Shown: positions 1 through 11,680 of the stretch, in pieces
Layout of the letters: each line of letters opens with the position of its first letter
Numbering within the stretch: position 1 is the first letter of the stretch
Notes under the pieces: model-generated
What the model saw: only the letters and a program-made list of their open reading frames with translations
Database searches by the model: none
Told to the model about the DNA's origin: nothing
Origin: Harriotta raleighana
Lineage: Eukaryota
Assembly: GCA_050575255.1 (NCBI GenBank)
Contig: JBNZDD010013657.1
Coordinates: forward strand, 4,173,026 to 4,237,025
Direction: 5' to 3'
Length of the DNA: 64,000 nt
Translations under genes and position numbers: made by a program

Positions 1-195
1 GGCAGGTACCAGGAGTTGTTCTTTACTCAGAAGAGAATCAACAACTGGAACAGGTTGTCAGAAAATGTGGTTGTGGCCTGGATATTTAAAAAGCAGTTTG
101 ATGCTGTGATGGGTGGATGGTAAGTTGGTGTATGGTGGGATCAGATCGGATGGGCTGAAGAACCTTCTTCATCCAACTCAATCTTGTGTTCTTGT
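1..195 (+). mobile_element. CR1-clade LINE 3' end fragment
   Basis: Translates as FFTQKRINNWNRLSENVV..FKKQFD, the CR1 ORF2 C-terminal motif. It is followed by a gatgggctgaa..ccttct 3' UTR and a short-repeat tail. Confidence 0.8.
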
Positions 196-359
196 CAACA
201 CAAGTTAAGAATATGGAAGCTGCTGACAGAATATATTTACAGTATGGAGATATGTGAAGCTCATGTATTATAATGGTCCTTATTTACCTTGCCCCCCCAC
301 CCATCCCATATTAAAGCTATTTGTCGTTATACAGATTGGTTTTCCAATGTGGCCTGAGG

Positions 360-488
360 GGACATAGGAAAATAAGAACAGGAGTAGGCCAATCAGCCCC
401 TTCAGCCAGTTCAGATATTCTATTAGTCCACAGCTGATCTGTAGCTGATCTCCAATTACTGTCCTTACTGCATATTCCTTGATACCCT
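360..488 (-). mobile_element. CR1/HER1-type LINE 3' tail fragment
   Basis: cataggaaaataagaacaggagtaggccaatcagcccctt... is the reverse complement of the typical chondrichthyan CR1 3' terminus. Confidence 0.7.
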
Positions 489-928
489 ATATATATATAT
501 AGGGTATCATATATATAGACAGAAACTCTCCTTGTGCATTACCACCCACCCACCAAGTCCTTGCCATTTAAAGACCCTGATCATCTGCATCAATGGCTCT
601 GGGAGGCTCCTAAAGACGGCTTCTGTCACAGACATTTTGTCAGTCTCCTCCTTCATGGCTGTTGTTTCCTCGTGAGGTACCCTGCTGCCGGGATTCCAGT
701 TTTCACACCTCAAAATCAAGCTCCATAGCAGCTCAGAGCCAATTTTCATCTCTAACTGTTGCCATAACAACTACTACTGTTGCTTGCTTGGCAGTGGGTG
801 CTCTGATTATATTGTGTTCCTCTATGCACACCAGCTAATCTGCTGCTGTGACTGGCATCACTCAGGCTGAGCAAAATATCTTCAATACAGACGTTATTTA
901 ACACTTTCCTTTCTTTCTAAATACCACT

Positions 929-1096
929 GGACTAATTTGCAATATTTCTTAACAGATTTCTTAATAAGAAATGTGCAATGTTTATCAAACTTCTGCAGCA
1001 CGGAACATGCCCACGAATGGATTCTTCAATGTTTGGGATAAATTAAGAAAATCCAAATCTGATTAAGAAATCTGTTAAGGAATGGAAAATTAGACC
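929..1096. mobile_element. MITE-like element with ~35-bp imperfect terminal inverted repeats (Harbinger-like termini)
   Basis: The left end ggactaatttgcaatatttcttaacagatttcttaat matches the reverse complement of the right end, ggtctaattttccattccttaacagatttcttaat. The core cttaacagatttcttaat is identical. Confidence 0.65.
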
Positions 1097-1244
1097 TGTT
1101 AACAGCACAGACACTTGCTTCACTGAGGGTATTACAAACCAAGCAGGAATGTCTGAACATTCAGTAGGGATAGATCAAACCATGGGATGAAGCTACAGTA
1201 TTTAACTACCTTGAGAGACCGCATAGTCTTGAGTTATTTTCCTA

Positions 1245-1617
1245 AGAGGTGATTTCATTGAAACGTTTCCAATAATGATGGGAATTGATGGGTTAAATAG
1301 TGAACTGCTCTCCCCTCTGGTAGAGAGATCCAAAATGTTTGGGACATAATCTTAAAATTAAACCTATGGCACTTATAAGTACGATCAGAACACATATCTT
1401 CACACAGAGAGTAGTGAGAATATGCACTGCATTCGGCTGCAGAGGCAGATTCAATTGGGGAATTTAAAAGGGAGATACACAGATAGCTATTTCTGAAAAG
1501 TAAAGGTATTGTATTAAGAAGTGTGAGGAAAAAGCTAGGGAAATGGAATGAAAAGATCTAGTGTGATCTAGTGTGCATCTGGCTCGCTGGCTGAGTGGCC
1601 TTCTCCTGTTCCTATGA
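1245..1617 (+). mobile_element. CR1-clade LINE ORF2 C-terminus and 3' UTR (degenerate)
   Basis: RGDFIETFPIMMGIDG..GHNLKIK..HIFTQRVV motifs, with a tail ending ggccttctcctgttcctatg. Partly repeated after the n at 1636. Confidence 0.85.
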
Positions 1618-1856
1618 ATGCAGTATCAGCTTTCCNGGAATTTAAAAGGGAGATACACAGATAGCTATTTCTGAAAAGTAAAGGTACTGTATTAAGAAGT
1701 GTGAGGAAAAAGCTAGGGAAATGGAATGAAAAGATCTAGTGTGATCTAATAGAATGGTGCATCTGGCTCGCTGGCTGAGTGGCCTTCTCCTGTTCCTATG
1801 AATGCAGTATCAGCTTTCCATACCATGGAACACATTGACTGGGTTAGTACATGACA

Positions 1857-2186
1857 TAATAATAATAAGAATAATAATCCTTGCATTTGATATAGCGCTT
1901 TTCACATCTTATCAACGTACCAAAGCGCTTCACAGAATATACTGTAAAGTGAATTGACTGTATATATATTTTTTGTGGGCGGAACGCACAGCAGTGTCCC
2001 ACAAACAGTCGTGGATTGAAATGACCAATTTTATTATTGTGGTTTTTTTGGAGGGATTATTATTAGTCGTGTGGAGTAAGGAAACTTGCCCAAGGTTTCG
2101 CCCTGATCTGCCTGGATTCGAACACAGGTCTCATGCTTGTAAGGCATGTAAGGCAAGTGCTCTAACCACTGAGCCACAGGAGCTCC
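1857..2186 (-). mobile_element. tRNA-derived SINE, dominant young family, near full length
   Basis: Reverse complement of the head ggagctcctgtggctcagtggttagagc (A box) ..gttcgaatcc (B box). Has the gtttgtgggacactgctgtgcg core and an L2-like tail aagcgctatatcaaatgcaagg(att)n. Confidence 0.95.
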
Positions 2187-3121
2187 ACGACATGGTTAGT
2201 ACAGACTAACCCAGCGAGTCTCTGAACACCGAAACATTTAATCACCCCACACATCTTTTATACCAACCCTGGTACCTAAATGCCAAAGAAGAAACAGCGG
2301 CTGTTAAAGAGTGAGGAGCATCAGATATGCTAAGAAGGTGAGGGCCATGCTTGAAATAGAAACATGTAGAGTAGTGGAGACTGAAGGAGAAGAGGAACGA
2401 GTGCCATGTTACTGAGGTCCGGTGAAAGAAGGAGTTTGAGCAGGGCATATTGATTTCAATATTGTGAAGGAGGAAGGAAAGAGGAAGAGTCTGTGGTGTA
2501 CCATTCTTCCAATGTTGTTATTGTACACAATGTACAATGCATTGTTATTCCAATCCAGGAAACCTACCCATATTCCCATCCTATCATTCTGTGACTCTGC
2601 CACTTCAGCACTTCTGTCTCATCCGCTCCCATCTGTGTTGAACCTTGATTCTATTTGGAGCTGGTAGGGATTTCTGCCTCACTAACAATATGAAAGGGCA
2701 ATAAAAGCTGACATAAAGGCAGATGAAATGAGGCAGGAAGACATACATATATACATATGCTGTGGAGATTTGACATATCAATAGATATGAGATCACATTG
2801 ATAGAGATCATATCAAATATTCAGACAGGCAGATACAAATCTGATGAGACAGGGTAGCAGCCAACAATCAGTAAGGACAAGACAATTTACAGCGAGAGAT
2901 CAGTTAGACAGATGCAGATCAAGTTATTGAGGCAAAAGGACAGAGAGGAGCTTGGAGAGAGAGAGAGAGAGGCATGAGTTGCGATGTGCAGCTTGGATGA
3001 AATGAGACAGTTACTGGAATCAGGTTGTCCAGCTGTTTGTTCCATTTACTTTGACACAGAAAACAATGAGCCTGAATCTGTTAAGGAGAAGCACGACTGC
3101 AGAACAACAGACACCAACTTC

Positions 3122-3428
3122 TAATAAATAAAATAATCCTTGCATTTGCTATAGCGCCTTATTACATCATCTAGACATCTCAAAGCGCTTCACAGAATGT
3201 ATGGTAGGCTGTATGTTTTCTGGGCGAAATGGAGCAGCTGATTGCACACAGCAACAAACAGTCATGGATTCAAGTGACCAATTTTATTATTGTGGGTTTT
3301 TTCTTAAGGGATTATTATCTGTCATGTGGAGTAAGGAAATTTGCCCAAGGTTTTGCCCTGCCAAGAATCGAACCCAGATCTCCCGCTTGCCAGATGAGTG
3401 CTCTAACCACTGAGCTACAGGACTCCAC
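3122..3428 (-). mobile_element. tRNA-derived SINE, dominant family
   Basis: Same head, core and tail as the copy at 1857-2186. Confidence 0.93.
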
Positions 3429-5390
3429 TTCACAGTCCAGCTGGTGAGTCTAGGCTTCCTCTTAGACCATCACTCCAGAGGTACGTAGAATGGGTGAGGT
3501 AACTGAGATAACTGAGATCCCTCAGTGCCCAAAGGACTGTCCACCAACAGGAGAGAAGCAAACCTTAGAGTGAGACGATGGCTAATGAGTCATGCACTAC
3601 TGCATCCAATTTCATCTAAATCTCCTTTCCAGCACCTTGGGACGTTCTTCCAATGCGATAAATGCTATACAAATGGAATTTGTTGTTGATGTTTGTCTTC
3701 CACACCCTGCCCCCACACCGCCCCCCACAACACCATAACTTCAAATCCCTCTTAAAAATGTCTTTCTCTGTCTGTGTCTTTGATAATGTCCTTAAACTCT
3801 TCCCCTCCTCAGCCAGTCCCATCATCATGGTGAAGTCTTTTAAGATGGCCATCCTATTCGAGAGGGGTTACATTTCCTCACACAGAGGGACTATGATCAT
3901 ACCTGCCTGTATTGCAGCAACGCATCATGAGTCGGGCAAAACTGACCTATCTCATGGCGAACTAAACCCAGCTCAAGTTCCCTAACGAACAAGCTGATGC
4001 TTGGTGAACTCTGCTTCACAATGATAGGAAGAGGCAACATTTGAAGGAGAAGCCCTCCCTCGTGCTGTGTTGCAGTGAGACGGGCGATTCGCTGGCAATC
4101 AGCGCATCAGAATGTGGACAGTTTTACGCTGTCGAGCCAGGGCATGTAGGAACTGCCAGAAACTAATTTCCATCAAGTCCTGCAGACAGGGAATACCGTT
4201 TCACCTGACCCGTGTGTAATCCCATCACACACAGAGGCTGGATTGAGGAGAGGTATGTGCTCACTTTCAGGAGGGATAGAAATGTTCAAAACACTTCAGG
4301 TTAAATTCGGCCACACTGTCAGTATGAGCGGAGTAGAATTAGGGAGGTTTTGTCCCTGCGCTGGTAATGTTCTGTCATTACATCCTCCGGTGAGGGATGG
4401 AAGCTATTTTATGCAGACACTCAGGCCCCAGGTCCACAACACCAATGCTTAATGGCTGATGGCCAAGTGGTGGACATTCAAGAACTTCAAATGTTAACCC
4501 ATTGTCTCCCATCACCTGGAGTATCCCATCCTTCACCCCCTTATGAAAAGACCTTCAGGAGATAAAAGGAATCATACACACACACTCCCTTCTCTCCTGG
4601 CAGAACTGACTCCTGCGGGAAATTTTCAGTCAGTCACCCAAATGGCCACTCCTGTTTGTGAGCCCAGACAGCTAGTATCTGACAGAGGGAGGAGGGGGGT
4701 TTAAGGGGAGGAATGGAGGGGCTTTAACAAATATTCAGGTCATCTGTGGATATTCTCGCTGTAATGAGGCCAGATCCAACTGGGCCACAAAGACTCCGGC
4801 TGAGACAAGCTAACTCAGCATTAACTGTCCAACCCTACAATGGGCAACACCTGCTCCATTCTATTCAATTGTTTCAGGGATTGAAACATCCTGTTCACCT
4901 TGAGGGTCCAATAGTGACCTGCGTTCAGAAACACCACAGCGAGGACTGCGCAGTTGAGTCTTTGATGCACAATCCTCAAAGGGAACAGTCTCTTTGATCN
5001 CACAGCGAGGACTGCGCAGTTGAGTCTTTGATGCACAATCCTCAAAGGGAACATCATGGTTGGAAAGCCACAGAAAACAGAGGCACTTTCACACCAGCTA
5101 GAATTGGCCTGTGATCTCAGGTTCAAAGACACAAAAGCTGCCGAGACCTAATTGGGATCTCCAAAATCCTTCCCCTTCATCCCCCCACCTCCCTACCTTC
5201 ACCTCTCTCTGATATTGTTGGTCTATCCCAGGAATTTGCCCATTTCTACTCAGCCATCTTTCCAAGTCCTATTGGCTCAGAAACACAGAATTCCAATTGG
5301 ATAAATTAAGTTCACCCTCCAGGCTTACACTCTGCTGCAATAATAAAAGCAAACCTTAAATTTCAAACAGCATTTATAACTTAGAAAGTG

Positions 5391-5700
5391 TACAGTTAAC
5401 CCTCGTCGAAGGTGACTTTATCGATTGCAAATTACGTGACAAAACAAAAGCATCACTTTTTTGCGCAGGGCGCGTAAAACTTGTGTTTACGCGCCGGCTG
5501 GCCGCCGCACGCATGCGCACGGTTGAAGATGCCGATAGCTCCCGACTAAATCCGATGACTCCTCGGCTGGCTGGTCCCACGCACATGCACATTTTTGACG
5601 AGGCCGGCAGATCCCGACTAAAGCCGAAGCCCCATTCTGGGTAAATAGAATAACGGTTCGGCCTCGGAGAATTTTATTGCGTTGCATGGTAAACCGAAGA

Positions 5701-5732
<32 letters not shown>

Positions 5733-6345
5733 CAGGACAGCAATGTAGACTAATCCACCCTGTTGTTTTATTGCTTTTTCAAATTGCTTTACCGCTTTGT
5801 TATCACTTTATTATATCAATAAAGCGATAACAAAGCCGTTGTAACCTTTCTGTGTCCCCAACACTCTGCCCTCCGAGTGGCTTGCTGCCCCCCACTTCAC
5901 CGAGTACTCCCCAACCCCACCTCGGAACGGCTCACTGCCCCGCACCTCCCCGAGTCCCCCCTGCCTCTGAACAGTTCTCTGTTCCCTCCCCCCACCACCC
6001 GCCCGCTACTCTCCCCAATTTCTCTCTGCGTCCCTCCCACGCTGCCCTGATTTGCCAACTTCCCGGGTAGTAGGAGAGACAAGAGCATGAAGGGTGGGGG
6101 GATGGGTGGGTGGGGGAGCAACAAGAGAGGGGAGAGGCGGGCGGAGTGAGGAGCGGGCCAGCCAGTTGTAGTCCACTTCAGTAGGTATCTTGCATCGGAT
6201 GTGCTGGAGGCTTGAGGTGGGTAGCCTGCGACTGGATTCCCCTAACCCCCTTTTCCCATTACTTCTTAAGCTTCTCCAAAGCAATTTTTTTGAGTGCGCA
6301 ATTTTCTAGGAACGGAACCCCCGCGATCGACGAGGATTAACTGTA
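5391..6345. mobile_element. Non-autonomous pogo/Tigger-type (Tc1/mariner superfamily) DNA transposon
   Basis: TA|cagttaaccctcgtcga (5391-5409) and tcgacgaggattaactg|TA (6327-6345) form 17-bp TIRs with one mismatch and a TA target duplication. The subterminal ggaacggaacccccgcg is Tigger-like. There is no transposase ORF. Confidence 0.85.
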
Positions 6346-6359
6346 TTGCTGTAAAATGC

Positions 6360-6970
6360 AGTGACTGTCCTTTTGTAAGAAATTGACGCCACTCATTTCT
6401 GCATGTCCCACAAACAACCAAATGACCAATGTATCTGGTGGATTGTTGGCCAGGGCACCAGGAAAAGTTCCCTTCTTGTTTCAAGTGCCATTATATTATT
6501 TTTTCATATAAAATAAAAGTTCCATCTACCTGATGTTAAAGGTAGATGGAACTTTTATTTTATATGAAGTGTGGCATTCTCGTGGAGTCCTGTAGCTCAG
6601 TGGTTACAGCACTCTCCTTACAAGCGAGAGAACTGGGTTTGATTCGAGGCAGGGACGAAACCTTGGGCAAGTTTCCTTACTCCACAGGCCCGATAATAAT
6701 TTCTCAAAACAAATAATAAATTGGTCATTTAAATCCACAACAGTTTGTGGGACACTGCTGTGTCCAATTGGCTGCTGCGTTTCACCCACAAAATATACTC
6801 AATTCACTTTACAGTATATTCTGTGAAGTGCTTTGAGATGTCTAGAAGACGTGAAAAGCGCTACATAAAATGCAAGGATTATTATCTATGACATTGCAGC
6901 AATCCTGCAGTGTCAGCCGATGTGAAGCTTGAACCCACAACCTTGTGACTAACAGGTAAGAATGCTAAGC
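6360..6970 (-). mobile_element. Old Deu-domain SINE (SacSINE1-like), interrupted by a younger SINE
   Basis: cccacaaacaa..ttggccagggcaccagga..aagtgccat lies before the insertion. cagtgtcagcc..gcttgaacccacaaccttgtgact (reversed tRNA head) lies after it. Confidence 0.7.
6584..6884 (+). mobile_element. tRNA-derived SINE, dominant family, full length (nested insertion)
   Basis: ggagtcctgtagctcagtggttacagc head through to the aatgcaaggattattat tail. Confidence 0.95.
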
Positions 6971-8366
6971 CTTCACTTTTAGGAATAATGAGGGAATGCT
7001 GCATTGTTGCAAAAATGGTCATCTTTACTGTACCTTTCCCACATCCTTCATTGCCAGCTGATGTTATTTGACTGACTATATTAATCTAAAACCAGTACTG
7101 CCTGTCCTCCAAGGTTAGTTTATCCCTCCTAAGAATGGGCACCCAAAACTGAAGTTAGTAAGCGTTATCAATTGAATAAAGTACAGAAAATTTGAAAGAA
7201 AATGTTTCATGAGATTCATTGTCCCCTGAGTATTCGGAGAGGACGCCAGGCACTGAGAGCAGGAGAGATAGAACACAAAAGCAGAAGTGGAAAGAAAAAA
7301 ACAGTAGGGAATGAAACAATCAGGAAAGAACAGCGAGAGATAAGTGAATGGTGAAAGTGACCATTAGAGTGAATATTATAATACAAAAAGTAACTCCTGT
7401 GAAACCCAGTTTGAGTCCTGTTTATAACTCCATTAGTGACCAGGAGACAAAATGGTGGGTAATAACTAGACTGTGATTGATAGGATTAGAGATCAGGTGA
7501 TAGAGGGAATGAACTGGGTCTTCAGGTTATGGACCGGAAGTCTCCACTGAGCTTGATCAGTAGAAGCCAATTAGGTGATGCAGCTTCACTGTGAGTCTGA
7601 GGATGTCTTGTTTCTTCACCTGTGGCCCCCTCAGATGTGCAATCAAGCCTCAGGATATAAATTCAGCGCATTTGTGAATGCGTAACACACTGGGCAAGAT
7701 ACACCATCCATTACTGGGTACTTTCCTTCCCCCATCCTTCTTCTCCTCTGGCGCCAACTTGTGCATTCCTCACATGCACGTACTCCTGTGGCTGCTGTAA
7801 AACTGGAGCACAGTCTAGTCAATCTGTACATTCCAGACCCACAGTCAGACACTTCCCTCAGTGACCCTGTAACCCAGTACACCACTGAGAAGAAGGTCAC
7901 ACCTGGTGGCATTTCCGTCTGGATGTGCGATCGTGTCAAACAGCCGTGCTTGGACCTGGCAAGGGGGAAGTCGGTATTCCTGGTATATTCCTGGCCCATC
8001 TGCAATCCTAACCATGGCTGCGGAATTGGGAGATGTGTTTGAATATCACAATACTATGTAACAGGGAAAATGTCGGGAGCAAAGTAGCCTGAATATTAAT
8101 TGAGGTACGTTTTCCAGTCTCTGCTCCCATTACCTTGGGAAAAATAAATTTCCAAATGGCTTCTTGCTCGTGCAAAGTCTGGCCCCATTGTGAGATTGCA
8201 AGGTTTCCGCACCGGTGAGTGACAACAGGTGTGTGAGGTCAGGCTCATGACACCTGGAGGTTGTGGAAATGAGTGGTTTCTCTCTCAATCCCTACACCTT
8301 GCCCCATCTTCCCCATCTTCAAGTTGCACTTGAAGACCTTCTTCATCACCTCTCCTCTCCCCCAGG

Positions 8367-9135
8367 CAACAAGATTACACTTGTATAGCGCCTTTCACGT
8401 CAGGAGGACGTCCCAAGACGCTGGACAGTCATTGTTTCAGATCCGTGCTGGGGTCAAGGATGGGGAGGCTGAAGGAAAAAGAGGGGATTTGGAGTAACCG
8501 ATGGGACTGTCAAAGAGGAGGGTCTTGAGGCGGGACTTGAAGGAGGCTAGGGAGGGGCGAGGCAGAGGGACTCGGGATATAATTCCAGAGGTTAGGGGCA
8601 GAGTGGCTGATGGCTCATTGGCCATCAATAGTGGGGAAGGTGATTTGGAGGATATGGAGTAGGCTGGAGCGTGCTGAGCAGAGGGGTGGACAAGTTGGTA
8701 GGGGTTCAGGAAGTTACAGAGGTAGGAAGGAGCGAGACCATGGACGACTTTAAATGTGAGGACCAGATCTTGAATTGGATCCTCTGGGTGATGGGAAGCC
8801 AAAGGAGTCGGACAAGGAAGGAGGAGATGGTGTCACTAAGCTTGGTAGAGGACACGAGCCACAGAGTTCCAGATTATCTGCAGCCTATGGAGGGAGGAAT
8901 TGGGAAAGCCGACAAGCGGGGTGTTGATGTAGTCGAGCCTGAATGTGATGAAGGCATGAATGAGGGTTTCAGCGGCCTGAGGGGTAAGGTAGTGGCAGAG
9001 TCATTAAATATTGCAGAGATGAGGGCAGGCAGAGTGGGTCATGGCTTGGATGTGGGGGAGGAAAGACAGTTGAGGATCGAACAAGACTACTAGGTTCTTG
9101 ACTGTCTTGGTGAGGTTGAGTGTGCAACCATGGAA
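8367..9135 (-). mobile_element. L2-clade LINE, 5'-truncated (ORF2 C-terminus and 3' tail)
   Basis: The minus strand encodes LIPSFITFRLDYINTPLVGFP..WLPITQRIQFKI/LVLTFKVVHGLAPSYL..FKSRLKTLLF. Tail is ttgggacgtcctcctgacgtgaaaggcgctatacaagtgtaatcttgttg. Confidence 0.92.
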
Positions 9136-10142
9136 GTTGATGTATGAAGGCGCTGGCCCAATCAGGAAACCTCGGTCTTACCAAACGCTGGTGACTGGCA
9201 GAAAACAGAGGCTAATGGTTCCGCCTTCAGAAATTTAATATTAATGCCTGAATCTGCAGGAACTCATTTAGATGTAAATGAGACTAATAAACAATTAGAC
9301 TTTCCTCAACTAATGTAAACACAGCCTCTTATCTCTGCACTGCTCAAGCACTGAAAACAACTTTCATTAGAAAACTAGCTCCCAGTTCAGCAAACACCAG
9401 AGTAACATATTAAATATATGAGTTCCACCTCAGTCTGCAAACCAGCTGTGAGCTCCCCATGCAAGACTTCACCAACGTACAGTGCTCGGTGTCACTCAAC
9501 AACAACAAAAACTTGATTTATATAGTGTCCTCCACTCTGGATGGCATCACAGGGACACACAGCCCAGGTATCACTCAACAACAACTTTCATTTATATAGC
9601 GCCCTTCACACCATGTGGCCCAGAACATTTGCTGGCTCGCTCACCTGTTCACTCACTCACCCACTCACCCACTCACTCACTCACTCTCTAAATCAGTCGC
9701 AGTGTCAGGGAATCTCAGTCTCTCCGGTAAACTCAGCTGTCAGTTCCCTGACATGTCACTGTGGGCAGGCCGACCACCGGATGATTGAGACAGTGCTCGC
9801 TCGGGATTCCCTTATTCTCTGTGCTTATTATGTGCAGATTGAAATCCGCGGTCGCCGCCACACAATTTCAGATTCAATCTTTGCCTGAAGATGTTACAAG
9901 CACCACAGCAGACATTTCCTAATTAAAGAATGTAAAGTAGCTGCAGTGTTTGCGGGCTTCATGGCACCAGTCTATTAACCACCCGCTCGCTCACTCCTTC
10001 ATTCATTCCGACAATGCAGCTCAGTCGTTGCCCCAAGCTCCAGGCTTCGATATTTCCTTTGGAGCTCAACACTGAAAACACCCAGTGCACACACACAGCA
10101 CACATCCAATGCACCTATAGCACACAACCAATGGTTGCAGAA

Positions 10143-10520
10143 TATTAATAAAAATCCTTGCATTTGACATAGCACCTTATCAAACTGCTGTGTGCAATTT
10201 GGCTGCCGGGTTTTTGCCCAAAAATATACAGTCAATTTTTCCTACTTTCCTTCCCCCGACCCCTCCCTCTACTGCTCTGATCCCTACTTGACTGTACAAC
10301 GCCTTGGGACGTCCTCCCGACATGAAAGGCGCTATATAAATGTAATTTTGATTTGATTTGATGATTTGATCACAACTTCGAGACGTCTCAAATTGCTTCA
10401 CAGAACATATTGCACAGTCAACATACTGAATTGTCTGTATATTTTTGGGGCCGAAACGTTGCAGCCAATTAAGCATAACAGTGTTCCACAAACAGTCGTG
10501 GATTGAGTGACCAAATTCTT
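10143..10520 (-). mobile_element. Dominant-family SINE interrupted by an oppositely oriented chimeric SINE/L2-tail element (10185-10368, +)
   Basis: The host tail aatccttgcatttgacatagcaccttatca resumes as atcacaacttcgagacgtctcaa after the insert. Confidence 0.8.
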
Positions 10521-10637
10521 ATTTGATTTATTTATGCCCAGAACTGACGCATTAACAAACCATGAACATGTGGAATGGTTTTGCACTTTGGCAACTTTTG
10601 GAAATTGCAATTAGCTGCTTCACAAGTCTCGTCCACT

Positions 10638-11110
10638 ACAACAACAACAACAACATTTATATAGCGCCCTCCTCCCGGGCGGCATCTCAGCGCACTTCAG
10701 AGTGGCAGAGCCCTAGTCTGAGCCAGTGGGAGGGGGAACGGTAACCGCAAGCACGGTTGCAGAGAAAGGTCTTAGACAGGACCTGAAGATGGTGGAGGAG
10801 GGGATGAGGCAATGGGGTTGAGTGAGGGAGTTGCAAAGTTTCGGGACATAGTAGCTGGTGGCACAACGCCGATGGTGGAGCGCAGGATTTGGGGACAAGC
10901 AGGAGGCCGTACCCAATGGAGCGGAGGCAGCAGATCCTGCTGTGAGGAGAGAGGAGTTTAGAGAGGTAGAGGTTGCCGAGGAATGGAGGGATTTAAACAC
11001 AATAGTGAGGATCTTGAAGTTGATGTGCTCTATGACAGGGAGCCGGTGGAGTTTTGCATAAACTGGGGTAAACAGGGTATGAAATTTGGTGCGGGTGAGA
11101 ATGTGTCGGT
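10638..11110 (-). mobile_element. L2-clade LINE 3' fragment (second subfamily)
   Basis: ORF 10713..11204 contains TPVYAKLHRLPVIEHINFKILTIVFKSLH, an L2 RT C-terminal motif. It has a (caa)n tail. Confidence 0.88.
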
Positions 11111-11544
11111 GGACTAGCCTGCGACCAGGGAGATATGGTTGAAATCCTTGCGTCTGAGCCTCCACATACCTCTCCCTCTCTCTCACTCTACCACACCTTT
11201 CCATTTGTGACTGTCACAGAACATTCAGACTACCCACTCACACGACAGTGTTCAATTCATAAAAGTAAACACAGCAACCAGGAAATAATCAGCCACTAAA
11301 CTATATACATTCTGGACATGTCCATGGCAATCAATTTCCCCCATCTTGAGTTAACCTTCAAGTCACCTGCTCCTTCACCTCTGATTCCCTCTCATGAATC
11401 CCACTCACCTTAGTGCCCTTCCCTCCAAACTCTCTCTCTCTCTGTACATTGAAGAAGCGTTTAACAATAATTAGCTGACAAACTATATTGAGCTTGCTTG
11501 AAGCGGACCTCTTATCAATACTAATCAGTTGGGACTCTCTCACG

Positions 11545-11680
11545 CATACGTACACAGCGGTATACACATACATGCATAGGTATACATAAATACATCCATA
11601 TACACACACATACCTGCACAAATATCCATATGTAAATGCTGAATGGGTATGTGTGTATGAGGTATAGGTAGGTATACACA
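11545..11680. repeat. Degenerate (CA/TA)n low-complexity tract
   Basis: catacgtacacagcggtatacacatacatgcataggtatacataaatacatcc... Confidence 0.75.

Noticed and set aside
1459-1819. Short direct repeats around single n characters (also at 5000, 18828, 18885, 38619, 51644, 59868)
   Set aside because: Each repeat is centred on an n, indicating contig-end overlaps rather than biological repeats.
1973-2209. Recurring peptide family (SHKQSWIEMTNFIIVVFLEG..KETCPRF) in many ORFs
   Set aside because: Antisense translation of the SINE, not a gene family.
8671-9093. 140-aa plus-strand ORF
   Set aside because: Antisense shadow of the L2 RT fragment.
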